Source: Chloropicon primus (lineage: Eukaryota). From it: DNA of 64,000 nt. Each line of letters begins with the position of its first letter. The stretch's first letter is position 1. This document shows positions 40,302-50,970 of this stretch, piece after piece. Below the pieces are notes generated by a model. That model ran no database searches, was not told the origin of the DNA, and saw only the letters and a list, made by a program, of their open reading frames with translations. A program made the position numbers and the translations under genes. The DNA is taken from contig CP060762.1 in NCBI GenBank assembly GCA_023205875.1, positions 62,001 to 126,000 of the forward strand, in the 5' to 3' direction.

Positions 40302-43300
40302 TTAGATAGGCTGAACCTTTGCCTTCTTCTTGTTTCCTTCAATCGTTCTCATGACGAACTTGGTGAGGAAGCCTATTGGCAGGGAGGCGATTCCGATAGC
40401 GATGCTGCCGATCCACTCCTCCAAGCACAGGCTCCTCAACTCGAAGAAATCTGCAATCACGGTTTCCATGATGATGACCTGAATCACGATAGTGAAAACA
40501 AGAACACAGGCAAAGATTGGACTGTCGAAGAAACCTTCGAAGATGTTGTACTCGTTCGCAATCTTTCTCGCGTTGATCTCGTTGAACACCTGCATGAAGA
40601 TGAAAGTGTTGAACAAGAAAGAGTAAAGCTGCCTCTCCACCTTCCCGTGCTCCTTGTCGTACTCGTCCTTCTGGTGATCGAACACAGATTTCGTGACGGT
40701 GTACTCTGGCACCTTGAGGACTTCCTTGTCAGGCTCGTCTATCTTGCACGGAGACTGGATGTACTGCAGGAAGTTCGTGTTGAGCTCCAAGCACTGCTGG
40801 TTCCATTCCTCCTGGCCGGCACAGAAGTTGGTGTACTGGGTGTAGCCCGCCGTGGTCATCACATCAGACATAGGCAGCTTGCACTTGAGAGGAAGCTTGT
40901 ACTGCGGCGCAACATCGTGCATCTCCTGAAGAGCGAAAAGAATGAAGAGCAGGACAGCGAGCTGATACATTCCTTGCACCACGATGTGCACCGTCATCGT
41001 GTCACTCACGAGGGGCTCATCTCTACCGTGGGGCTTGTCCAAGAGCAAATCTTGCGTCGGCTGCTCCGTGGCAAGGGCCAAGGCCGCCATGGAGTCCATG
41101 ATCAAGTTGACCCAAAGAAGCTGAAGGACCGTGAGCGGCATACCCTTCTGGGAGATGACAGCCACGAAGGACAGCGCCAGGGCAACCAAGTTGATAGTCA
41201 CCTGGAACACCAAGAACTTACGGATGTTCCTGAAGATACTTCTGCCCCACAAGACGCTCTTGACAATGGAGCTGAAGTTGTCATCAAGGATGACGATGTC
41301 ACTGGCCTCCTTGGCCACCTCAGTTCCGGTCTTACCCATACTCAATCCAACGTTACTCTCTTTCAGCGCAGGGGCGTCGTTCGTTCCGTCGCCGGTCACA
41401 GCAACGACCTCGCCCTGCTTCTTGAGCAGCCTGACCAAAATGAGCTTGTCGCTCGGGCTCGACCTGGCCAGCACCTGAAGTTTTGGAAGCATGGGGATCA
41501 GCTCCTCCTCAGACATTGCCCTGAAGTCTTGCCCCTCGAGGCAGATTCCATCTCCGAAGAAAATTCCACACTCCTCTCCAATGTGCTTTGCGGTCTTGAG
41601 GTTATCTCCCGTGACCATGCGGACGGTGATGCCCGCGGCCTTGCACTTGGCCACGGCATCGGCAGTCTCCCTCCTCAGAGGGTCCTTGATGCCAACGATT
41701 CCGGCCAGAATGAGGTCTCTCTCCACAAGCTCGAGGTCCTCGGACTCGTTCACGTTCCTGTAACACAAGCACAGGGTCCTGAGGCCGTTGGACGCCAGTC
41801 CATCGATGAGGTCCTCGAACTTCTTTCTCTGCTCGTCATCCAGCGGCAGAATCTCGTTGTTCGCGCCAAGAATGCTCACACTCTTCCTCAAAAGAATTTC
41901 TGCCGCGCCCTTGGAGTACAAGACCAACTTCCCTGAAGCCTTCTTGATAACGACACTGCTCATCTTTCTCTCACTCGTGAACTGGAAGAGCTTGGCCACA
42001 TCTGCAGTCTTCCTGATGGGCTTGTACTCTGTGCCCCAGTTTCTGAGCATCATCAGCAAAGCACACTCAGTCCTGTTGCCAATGAACTGGATCGTCTCCT
42101 GGTCCTCCTTGAGAAGAAGATGGGCCTTCGAGTTGATGGAGATTCCATCGGCCAAGATGTCCTTCAGCATCGGATCAATCGTGTCGCCCTTTGGCACCTC
42201 CTCGTGCAAAACTCCGGCAAGCCAGCATTTGATCACAGTCATCCTGTTTTCGGTCAAGGTACCCGTCTTGTCACTGCAGATCGCGGTGGCACCTCCCATC
42301 GTCTCGCATGCTTCAAGCACTCTCACAAAATTGTTGTCCTTCATCATTTTCATCATCGAATAGGCCAAGGAGATGGTCACAGCAAGGGGCAAACCTTCTG
42401 GGACCGCGACCACGATAATTGTGATGGCGAAAATGAAGAACTCGAGAATGTGATTGATATCACTGATTCCAAAGCCGGAGTTCTTCGAGAAGTGGGACGC
42501 AACCAAAACAATGAAGCAAGCGGCCGCAACGACGGTACCAATTTTGCCGATCAAGATCGCGAGCTCCCCGAGCTTCTCCTGCAAGGGCGTCTCCTCGTTC
42601 TCGCCGACGATCATCGCCATTGTCTTTCCCCACTCCGAGCGCTCTCCAACAGCCGTGACCAGGAACTTCCCAGACCCCTCGCTGACTTGGGTGCCCGTCC
42701 ACACGAAAGGCTCCTTCACGCGGTCCTTCATCATGGGCTCGCTCTCGCCAGTAAGACTCGATTCATCGATGATGAGGTCGTTGCCGAGCACCAGAAGTCC
42801 ATCCGCTACAAGCTTGTCGCCCGTGTCCACAAGCATAATGTCTCCCACCACGATCTGGTAGCTCGGGACCGTCATCTCCTTTCCGGACCTCAAGACAGTC
42901 ACGTCAATCGCATCGCGCTGCTGATTGATGTTCCTGAACTGCTTTTCCTTTTGGTAGTTGTTAACAGCACCAACCATACTAACACAGACCACTGCAACCC
43001 AGATAGCAATTCCATCTACGTACGCCCCTTCATGCCTCTGCTCTTCGACGGCCACACCCAACACTGTGGAGATCAGCGCAGCGAACATGAGCAACTGCAG
43101 CACTTGGTCCTCGAACTGCTCCGTGATCAAGGACCACAGCGACTTTGGTGGTTTCTCTTTATATATATTGGAACCAAACATGTTCTGTCTTGCCCTTGTG
43201 TTCACCATGTCGTGGGGGATTCCGGCCTCGCCGCTCACGCAGAGCTTCTCCAGCATTGCGTCAATGCCTCCAAGCTCCTTCAACACTTCCTTTTGACCAC

Positions 43301-43696
43301 GATTCTCGTTCAGTCTCTCGATCTCGTCCGGGTTTGTCGAGAACCCTATTTCCACGTTCCCGAGTCCGAAAGAGGACAGACGGCGTTTCACGACCGCCCC
43401 CAGCTCCTTAATCTGGAGTCCCCCTGGCATGGAGGTCTTTCTGGTTTTCCGGCTCAGGCTTCGTCCCACCCCGCCGACGTCCACCTCCTTGCCATCTTTG
43501 GGCTTCTCCTGGCCCATCTTGGCCTTCTCCTTCAGACGCACGAGTGACAAAGCAGAAAGGGAAAAAGAACGCTCGGTCAGCTTTCTTGCTTCACTTGTGT
43601 TGGAACAAGAGCCCAAGAGCTCTTTGTCAACCAACCCCAAAAGACTCTCCTCCTCCACTAAAAGACTTAAGAACTTACCGCTCCATTGTTCTCCAT
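40302..43696 (-). CDS. P2B Ca2+-transporting ATPase (ACA/PMCA type); probable mini exon 43696-43679 (MENNGA) plus exon 43529-40302
   Basis: TGES, PEGLPLAVT, CSDKTGT, KGAAE, TGDN, GDGTNDAPAL and LLWVNLIMD. GTAAGT donor at 43678, CTGAC branch near 43578, AG at 43530. Alternative start ATG at 43517. Confidence 0.93.
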
Positions 43697-45050
43697 TGTT
43701 GTCGCCTTTCTGTTTTTGTACAACCTCTGCCTTGTTTCTGGATTCACCCAGTGGTACTACTTCTCCTCTCTACTCGTATTGCTGCAACGCTCAGCAGCGT
43801 CCAGCGCAACACGACAAACAAAAACGGGGACTCGTTTACTGTCTACCGTGTTAATGTTTGACTAACTCCGAGCATTTTCCTACCAACTACCACTGTACAA
43901 AAGTAATGTTCGTGCAACAGAACAGCCTTGGCTCCGGGTTATGCTTCCCGCTCCTCCTTTCAATTGCCTCTCTCCTCGTTTGGCTCTTCCAATAACTTGT
44001 GCACAAGAGGATCCAATCGAATGGTGTTTAGGGGTTTGAATTGCTGTCGACCAGAAAACACCGAAAGGGTTAGGATACGACGCCTTGTTTCATTTGTTGC
44101 GTGTCCCGTGTTGAGCTAACAGTGCTTCTAGCCTCCTTGTTGTGTTTGGTGTTTTGTCCCAAGTCCTGTGCGCACTCTTGGCTCGGTGTCCAAGTCACTT
44201 GGTCCTTGTCTTCCCCTCCGCCGGTAGTACGAGTACGACCGCTGCCCAACGCGACCTCAAGGCTCCTCCGCTTTCTCTTAAAAAGTAGAGAGATGCAAGG
44301 GAAGAGAGGTGAGACCACCACAAGGAAGAAGAAGAGTACAGGACACTGGAGGAGGAGGAACGCAGGACACAGGAGACAATGAGAGAGAGACAAGAGAGAG
44401 ACAAGAGAGAGACAAGAGAGAAGAGGCACACCACACCACACCACACCCACACAGAGAGAGAGAGAGAGGAGAGGAGAGAACCCAAGAGGACTCGAGAAGA
44501 GAATCTAAAGAGGCGTAAACCACGAGCACGAGCAAACGTTTTGCAATGTTCTGTTCTTCTTCTTCTTCTTCGTTGTTGTTCATGAAACAAACGGGCGGAC
44601 ACAAAGAGAGAGAGCTGTTAAGAAAGAATAAGGCAATGGGAAAGATTCCAAAACCAGCAGAGAGCGAAAGGACCACCGGAGAGGAGAAAACACCTTGGTT
44701 TGAACATTCTAATCAATTCCAAGGCGAGGGTTGGGGTTGACCCTTGCAAGGACGAGAACACTGCGTAGATTCTCCTTTCTAGGCCGAAAAGGGTCAAGAT
44801 GAACTTTTAGCCAACTTCTTCGTGCGAACTTCTTGAAGTGTGTTCTCTTCGGTGTACTGGGCCCCGAACTTTTCCACTACAGAAAAGTTTTTTTTTTTTT
44901 TAACGCCCGCTGAAAGCGCCTTGCCTTCGTTGTCCTCGTCGGCCCCTCTTCCTTCCGCTGCTGGATGACGCTCCATCCTCCTTTGCTTTTTCATCACCGT
45001 GGGTATTCTCCTTTGTGATCAATGACACAAGCTTCTTTTCAATTACAAAT

Positions 45051-47153
45051 CTAAAACACAGACTCAATCAACTGCCTGGCCTCCTCCCTTGTGAGGACCC
45101 CGTGGTCCCACAGCACCAGGACGTGTTGCTTGAAGCAATCTCTCGACCCCCCGTCCCCTCCCTGGAGCTGCTCCAGAAACTTGGAGGCAAGGTGGAAGAC
45201 CTCCTTGTCGTGGACGGGCTGGCACTTCTTCTCCTGCTGGAGGATGAATCTGTTCCACTCCAACATGAAGTCCGATTCGGAGTGGGTGAACTTTGACCTG
45301 AGGCGACCCAGGCTGGAAATCACGACATCCAAGTAATTGGTGTCCCCCTCGTCGTCGCTGTCCGCGCCAGCCTCGATCTCCTCCCGGGTCATTACCTGGC
45401 CCGTTCTCGAGTGGTAAAAGACCCGGGCCTCCTTCGCCTTTTGAATCTTTTCAACGACTTTGGCCCCGCCTGAGCGCGCCCTCTTCTTCTTGTAGCCCCT
45501 CTTGACGCCCGCCAGGACATCGCGAATGGCGTACTCGCTTCTCACGGCCGCGATCAACGAGTCCTCGTACCTCCGCCTCTGGGCCTTGGTGGCAAAATAG
45601 CCGAAGCTCTTGTTGAAGTTCTGAATGAAGTCGCTCGATTGCTTCGTGAAAAAGGTGTCCTCGTGAAAAACATCGAGCGTGGGGGGGCGCACTTCGATGG
45701 TGTAGCACACCTGCTTGTGCTCCACCTTCGTGTCGATCAACTCCCACGTGAAGAGGCTGTGAACCATCTGCAAGTGCTTCAAGAGGCAGAAAACGGACGA
45801 GAGCGTGAAGTGCGAGTCGCAGGTGTACCCGGAGACGACTTCTGTGCCGAGATCTTCGTGGTCGTTGTGAAGCTCCAAGCACAACGGGCAGGTGAACTCG
45901 GTATACTTCTCGCTCTTCAACCACTTGATCCTCCTGGTCCTCCCGTCATTGACCCCGCTGAAATAGTTGTACCTCAGGCCCACCCTCATGGTGGGCGCCG
46001 GGTACCCCTTCAAGGCCCCCATCCACTTGCTCACCCGCCCTGCCCCCTCGTCCTTCGGCACCTCCTTCAGGGACAGGATGGAATGAATCGCAAAAGGGAT
46101 GCTGCTGCCCGTGCTCCCTTGCCCCGAGTACTTGTTTGAAGGGTACACCGTCAAGTTCAGGGGCTCGGATGACGACGGCTCCCCGTCGGAGCACAGAACA
46201 ACCCGCCTCAGCTTCAAGACGTCTTGCCCTATGTCCGCGAGCTCCGTGAAAGGGTCGAATGAGAACTCCCCCGTCGCCTCATCCTTGGTGAGTTCCGGCA
46301 GCGGCCTTGCCTCGAAAATGATCTCAGAGCCGTCAGGGATGACGGAAAAGATTTTCCCCCTCCTGACACGGTCGGTGAGGTGCCTCGCCCCGACGGGGGC
46401 CTCGCTTCCCTCGCCGCCGTCGCTGTGGCTGTGGCGCGCGTCCCCCCTCCTAGGAGCCATCACCGAACTCAAGTCCATGTGATCGTCCCACACAAAGTAC
46501 ATCAAGCCGATCCCCCCGTCCCCCCTCGCGCTGGCGGAGGTGTTCGGGGAGGAAGGGCCCTGGGACGTGCTCTGGGACCTCAACCTCCCGTCGCCGTAGA
46601 TGGGAAACTCCAAATCGATCTCAGCGTATTTGCCGTGCGAGCAATTCACGGCGCCGACCGAGATGGGCTCGATAAAGGCCTCTTGCGCGTCATAAATCCC
46701 CACGATGCAAAACACGGTCACGTCTCGCCTACCGCCCCTGGTCACCCAAACGCCCTCGCCCCTGTCGAGCGTCACCTTCAGCTTCACGTTCAAGCTGACC
46801 ATGGCGTGGGAGCACGGGTCGGCCGCCGCGTCCTCGGCTCGAGCGCTCTCCGCTTGTTCCATCCACACCTTCTTGTCCGCCCTGCAGTAGGACAGGTTCC
46901 GCCGCAGGAACAGCTTGCAGGAGGACGCCGTCCCTCTGCTCTCGCCCCTCTCCCGCAAGCTCTGCTTCTCGAAAAGCTGAGAGTACAGCAGGGAAGGTCG
47001 CTTGTACTCCTCGCCGAGCGGGTCGTTGTCGGAGGTCCCGCCCCCCTCGGTGCTGGCTTGCGGGTTCTCCCTCCCGGACTCCCGCGAGTTGCTCTCCACG
47101 GCCTCGTCGGACCCCGTCCACATTTCCTCCGCATAGTTCATCCCCGTCGACAT
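45051..47153 (-). CDS. Polycomb PRC2 subunit SUZ12/EMF2-like (VEFS box)
   Basis: YKRP.LLY...FLRRNLSY, a C2H2 finger with an insertion (FTCPLC...LLKHLQMVH), and VEFS RVFYHSRT...DSDDE...E.DFM.EWN.F...LWDHG. Confidence 0.88.
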   Translation of the reverse strand: MSTGMNYAEEMWTGSDEAVESNSRESGRENPQASTEGGGTSDNDPLGEEYKRPSLLYSQLFEKQSLRERGESRGTASSCKLFLRRNLSYCRADKKVWMEQAESARAEDAAADPCSHAMVSLNVKLKVTLDRGEGVWVTRGGRRDVTVFCIVGIYDAQEAFIEPISVGAVNCSHGKYAEIDLEFPIYGDGRLRSQSTSQGPSSPNTSASARGDGGIGLMYFVWDDHMDLSSVMAPRRGDARHSHSDGGEGSEAPVGARHLTDRVRRGKIFSVIPDGSEIIFEARPLPELTKDEATGEFSFDPFTELADIGQDVLKLRRVVLCSDGEPSSSEPLNLTVYPSNKYSGQGSTGSSIPFAIHSILSLKEVPKDEGAGRVSKWMGALKGYPAPTMRVGLRYNYFSGVNDGRTRRIKWLKSEKYTEFTCPLCLELHNDHEDLGTEVVSGYTCDSHFTLSSVFCLLKHLQMVHSLFTWELIDTKVEHKQVCYTIEVRPPTLDVFHEDTFFTKQSSDFIQNFNKSFGYFATKAQRRRYEDSLIAAVRSEYAIRDVLAGVKRGYKKKRARSGGAKVVEKIQKAKEARVFYHSRTGQVMTREEIEAGADSDDEGDTNYLDVVISSLGRLRSKFTHSESDFMLEWNRFILQQEKKCQPVHDKEVFHLASKFLEQLQGGDGGSRDCFKQHVLVLWDHGVLTREEARQLIESVF

Positions 47154-47411
47154 ATCGCTCGCTCGCTCTCAAAGATGATTGATTATTGGAGCCCAAACAT
47201 CCAAACAACCAACCGAACTTTGGGCGAAACGGAAAGACCGAAGACGAGCCGACCAAGTTCACGCGCAAGCAAGCGGGCAGACGAGGGATCGAGCGCGACG
47301 ATGAGGACCGAAAAACGCCCTTCAGTCCAAAGCTCACCCCCCTTCCGACCGACCGGAACCCGACGGGAAGGGAAACCCCCACCCACCCACCCACTGCTGC
47401 GCTGCTGCACA

Positions 47412-47454
<43 letters not shown>

Positions 47455-48100
47455 GTCCCTCGTCCCAAAACACACAACACGTTCCAACGCCAAACCCTTC
47501 GACCGACCCGTCGATCTAACCCTCTCGAGACGCTCTCTCCCGTGGCGTGGCGCACCTCTCCGTCACCATCACCGTCCCGCCCCTCGCGATCGATCAAGGC
47601 TCCCCTCCCCACGGATCCTCGAGATTCGATCGATCGTCATTTCGCGAGAGAGGTGATCGCGTTCTTTTTTTGCGCGCGCGCCGCCGGGGAGCCGATCAGT
47701 TTTTGCGATCGATCGTGGCGCACACCCGCGATCGATCGCGCTCCACGGCGGGCGACGAAGGCCGAGCTTGTGGTCGTCGTCGTCGTGGTCGTCGTCCTCC
47801 GCTTGGGGCGGCGTTCCTATCGCGTTCGTTTTCTTTCTTTTCTTTCCTTTCTTTCTTTCTTTTTCGGAAGAGGGAAAGAGGGAACGGTCATAACGCCGCC
47901 GTGCCACAAGTTCTCCCAAGGTCTGGGCGCCACGGCTGCGACGGCGTGACGGAGTCCTCCGCCTTGTCGCCGCCTCCGTGTCCTCGTCGCGTTTCTCGTC
48001 TCGCCTGTCTTCTGGTACGAGGTAGGTTGCTCACTCACTGAGACGCTTTGCGTGTGCGCGCGTGTTTTCTTGCTTGGGAAGGAAGTAGGTCAGGCGCCGC

Positions 48101-48188
48101 CAAGGAGGAGATGAATACAAACGTGTCGCCCCAAACTGAAACAAAGCTGTGGATAGACACAACCATTTACCCACCTTTCTGATCCTTG
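48101..48188 (+). ncRNA. Box C/D snoRNA, U31/snR67-like
   Basis: Terminal stem CAAGGA/TCCTTG, outer stem GTCAGGCGC/GCGCCTGAC, variant C box GAGATGA at 48108, D' CTGA at 48136, D CTGA at 48179. Guide GTGTCGCCCCA pairs with conserved LSU UGGGGCGGCAC (recalled sequence). Confidence 0.75.
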
Positions 48189-48292
48189 CGCGCCTGACTG
48201 AACCCAGAGGGAACACGAGTGCTCGCCGCGCCCTCGCTTTGCTTGCTTGCTTGCTCGGTCGGTCACGCACGACTGGTTATTCTTGGAAAGAG

Positions 48293-48400
48293 GCCGTGGT
48301 GACGATTACGAACTAACCCCAGCTCGCTTTGAGTTCAACGAACGTTGAAGAGAAACTGTTCCTCACTAAGCTTCACAACCTTTAGAGAACTCTGAACGGC
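48293..48400 (+). ncRNA. Box C/D snoRNA, U29/snR71-like
   Basis: Stem GCCGT/ACGGC, C box GTGACGA at 48299, D' TTGA at 48329, C' TGAAGA at 48346, D CTGA at 48392. Guide CCCAGCTCGC pairs with LSU GUGAGCUGGG (recalled sequence). Confidence 0.75.
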
Positions 48401-48739
48401 AAACCAACTTTCCAAGAGCAAAATAACCTTTCTCAGAGCAAGCAAGAAGCAAGAAGAGGCGCGCCAGACGCGGAAGAGGAAGGACGAGCCAAAACGCTCT
48501 TCCCCTTTTCTCGTGGTGACTAACTCCTTCGCGTTCTTCGGCTTGCCGTTTCTTTGCACAGGCTTCGAGGGGGGAGGCCAAGAACTCCCTTTGCTGTACG
48601 ACTATTTATGGGAAGGGTAAGTTTGCGCACGACGGTGGAACCGTTCCCCGCTTCATCTCGTTACCGTGCTTGTCTCTCTGCGCAGCCCTGACTTGAGAGA
48701 GAAGGAAGAAACACCGTGCAAACCGCCAAAGCACGGGAC

Positions 48740-48829
48740 GTTGTGAGGTGACGAGGCAAATCCATGGTCCGTGTTTTGTATTCAGCCACCGCTGATGCCG
48801 AGAAAGTGGAAATTTTGACCGATCACAAC
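48740..48829 (+). ncRNA. Box C/D snoRNA, U18-like
   Basis: 7-bp stem GTTGTGA/TCACAAC, C box GTGACGA at 48748, D CCGA at 48819. Guide TGGTCCGTGTTT pairs with LSU AAACACGGACCA (recalled sequence). D' box is degenerate. Confidence 0.72.
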
Positions 48830-48917
48830 AGTTCTTACCCTTCTCCCGAAGTCTTGGGGTTGCGTGGACGAGGGGTGAGGGCTCTTTCCGTCTACCGCTT
48901 GAATGAGTGCAGTTCCT

Positions 48918-49004
48918 TTTCACGGTGATGAAAACTTTGGTTTGGACTAGAGTATCCGAAAATCAAAATTTCTTGACGATTACCTCTTGGCTGTCTGAGT
49001 GAAA
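48918..49004 (+). ncRNA. Box C/D snoRNA, double guide, U52/snR78-like
   Basis: Stem TTTCAC/GTGAAA, C GTGATGA at 48925, D' CCGA at 48956, C' TGACGA at 48974, D CTGA at 48995. Guides TTGGACTAGAGT (pairs with LSU ACUCUAGUCCGA) and CTCTTGGCTGT (pairs with LSU ACAGCCAAGGG), rRNA sequences recalled. Confidence 0.82.
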
Positions 49005-50970
49005 CGAGAGCATCCTCATTCAAAGGGCGTGGCACGAATTGACGTGCGGGACGTGCGTGCTTTTCTGCGAGGAGCGTGGCACTGACTCCGTCTCTCTTTT
49101 GTGTCCAATTGTTTCCGACAGGTGCATCGCAAGCTGTGACGTCTCAGGGAGGCGAGCTTGGTCATGCACGGGTGTACAATACGAAAAGGTACGAGAAAGA
49201 GTTCGAGACACCCCAAGGCTTCTATAAAAGTTGGTTGTGCTGCCGTTTTCCTTGGTGCAAAGCCCGTTCCCAGAAGCAAGAGCAAACTTATAGAGAATGA
49301 AGGACCTCTTGGGTCTCGCTATCTTTGGTTGCAGCTAATACATCTGAACGAATGATGCATAGATCCAGACATTTCGTGTGAACGCGCTACCAAAATGCTC
49401 CGGTTGGAGGACTTTTGACTGACTTTTTTTTTTAATATTCTTTTCGACAAAACGACAAAAGAAGACCCTTGTATATAATGTATCAATAGGTGAGTCCCAA
49501 GGAAGAGTCAGCCGTCACGCCGATTTCCACAAAGGGTTGTTCATCAGGCAACTGAATTATGCCTCACAGTGCATTTTTTTCGGTGTTCAACAGCCCTGAT
49601 ATCGTAATCACTTGTCTAAACTGGCAGGCTTATTGGGGTACATGGTTCTTACCCGAGACTTGTACTCAAGTGAAGTCTGCCCGGGAAAGCAGGTGGACAT
49701 TCCACACTCAAAACCTTTGCTTCTTTTTGGGCTCGAGGTCTTGAATACTGAAAAGCATCGACGCGTTTCCTTGTCTTCTTCTCAGCAGGAATGTGAACTC
49801 TTCGTGCGGGGAAAGCTTGCGCTGCAGAGAGAGAGAGAGAGAGAGAGAGGTGAGGTTGGAAATGTAAGTGATTCCTCTTATCTTGCTTTTGAGGTATGTA
49901 CGCTATAGACGGTCGAATGCAGGGTTTTCTTGTTCTTGCAGTTTATACACTTCTATAGCAAAATCAACACCCGCATTGGAAGCAACGGTTGGAATTCACT
50001 CCCCATTGAGCTTCAACTGCTGCTGAAACTCCAAAGACATCTACTTTCTTTCGTTCGTCAAGTATTCTGACGCGAAGTCTTTTCTCGATCGCTTCAGGAC
50101 CTTGCTGGGCTGTTTGGATCTAAGGAATCTGCTGCATGGTTTCTAGGAGGTGAGTCACTGCACGCCTGGGGACTTCTTCTAGTGTGTGTGCAATGATTAC
50201 ATCGGACGTTTATGATCATCAATGATTATACCATCCAGAAAATAAACGACTTCTCTTTCCACTGAGCACGCGAAGAGACTAGAGACATCAGCGACGAAGA
50301 GTTGGAGCGTATTTCGTGGAATCCTGCCAATCATACTCAACGTCTTCTTCCTTTGCTTGTTCACGTTCAAGTTCAGACCCAAAGGTGAGTTGAACTATTT
50401 TCGCAGCCTATGTATTGCTGATTGGTCCATGATGATAGTACGCCACCCTTGATGTAACTCGCTGCAGGATCCTGGCTGGACGCCTGTAAAGGTAGAACCT
50501 ATCCAGCCACCCTGTGAACCTTTGGCACTGCCTTGGTATGTGCCAAGGGGAAGGCTTTGCATACACGGCGCATGGTTTCATGCAGTCTGAGACTTTCCTT
50601 TTTCACCGTAGTCAGAAAGAGTAAAGATTGGTGCAGGGAGAGAGAGAGAGAGAGGTCTTTTGTCGTGTCGTGCGCTGACATTTTTCCAGTCTTGTTGCAG
50701 GTTTCTCATGCGCAAGCTCGAACGAAACGGATGCGATTGTGAATGATGATTTTGTCTTTTTATTCTCACAACGTAAGTGGATTTTGCGTTCACCTTGTCG
50801 TCCATCGCAGGAAGAGAAGTCCTAACGTTGCCTTTCCCCTTTTCTCACTCCAGGGTCTTCTGAATATTCCGTGACTGACAACGAGACATACATTCTGACA
50901 CATCGTTACGCTCCAAGTTCGGCATGGCCGAGGCTCAATGCTCTTTGTAATCGCATGACCTCTCTTTTTT

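Noticed and set aside
43700..45050. Short ORFs upstream of the Ca-ATPase
   Set aside because: The region is microsatellite-rich with no coding signal and is probably 5' UTR/promoter.
48500..48575. Fifth C/D snoRNA candidate (TCCCC...GTGACTA...TCGA...GGGGA)
   Set aside because: The boxes are too degenerate and no rRNA guide was recognised.
49942..50070. F-box-like WNSLPIELQLLL peptide in one frame
   Set aside because: The frame is short and closed by a stop, and no consistent exon chain could be built.
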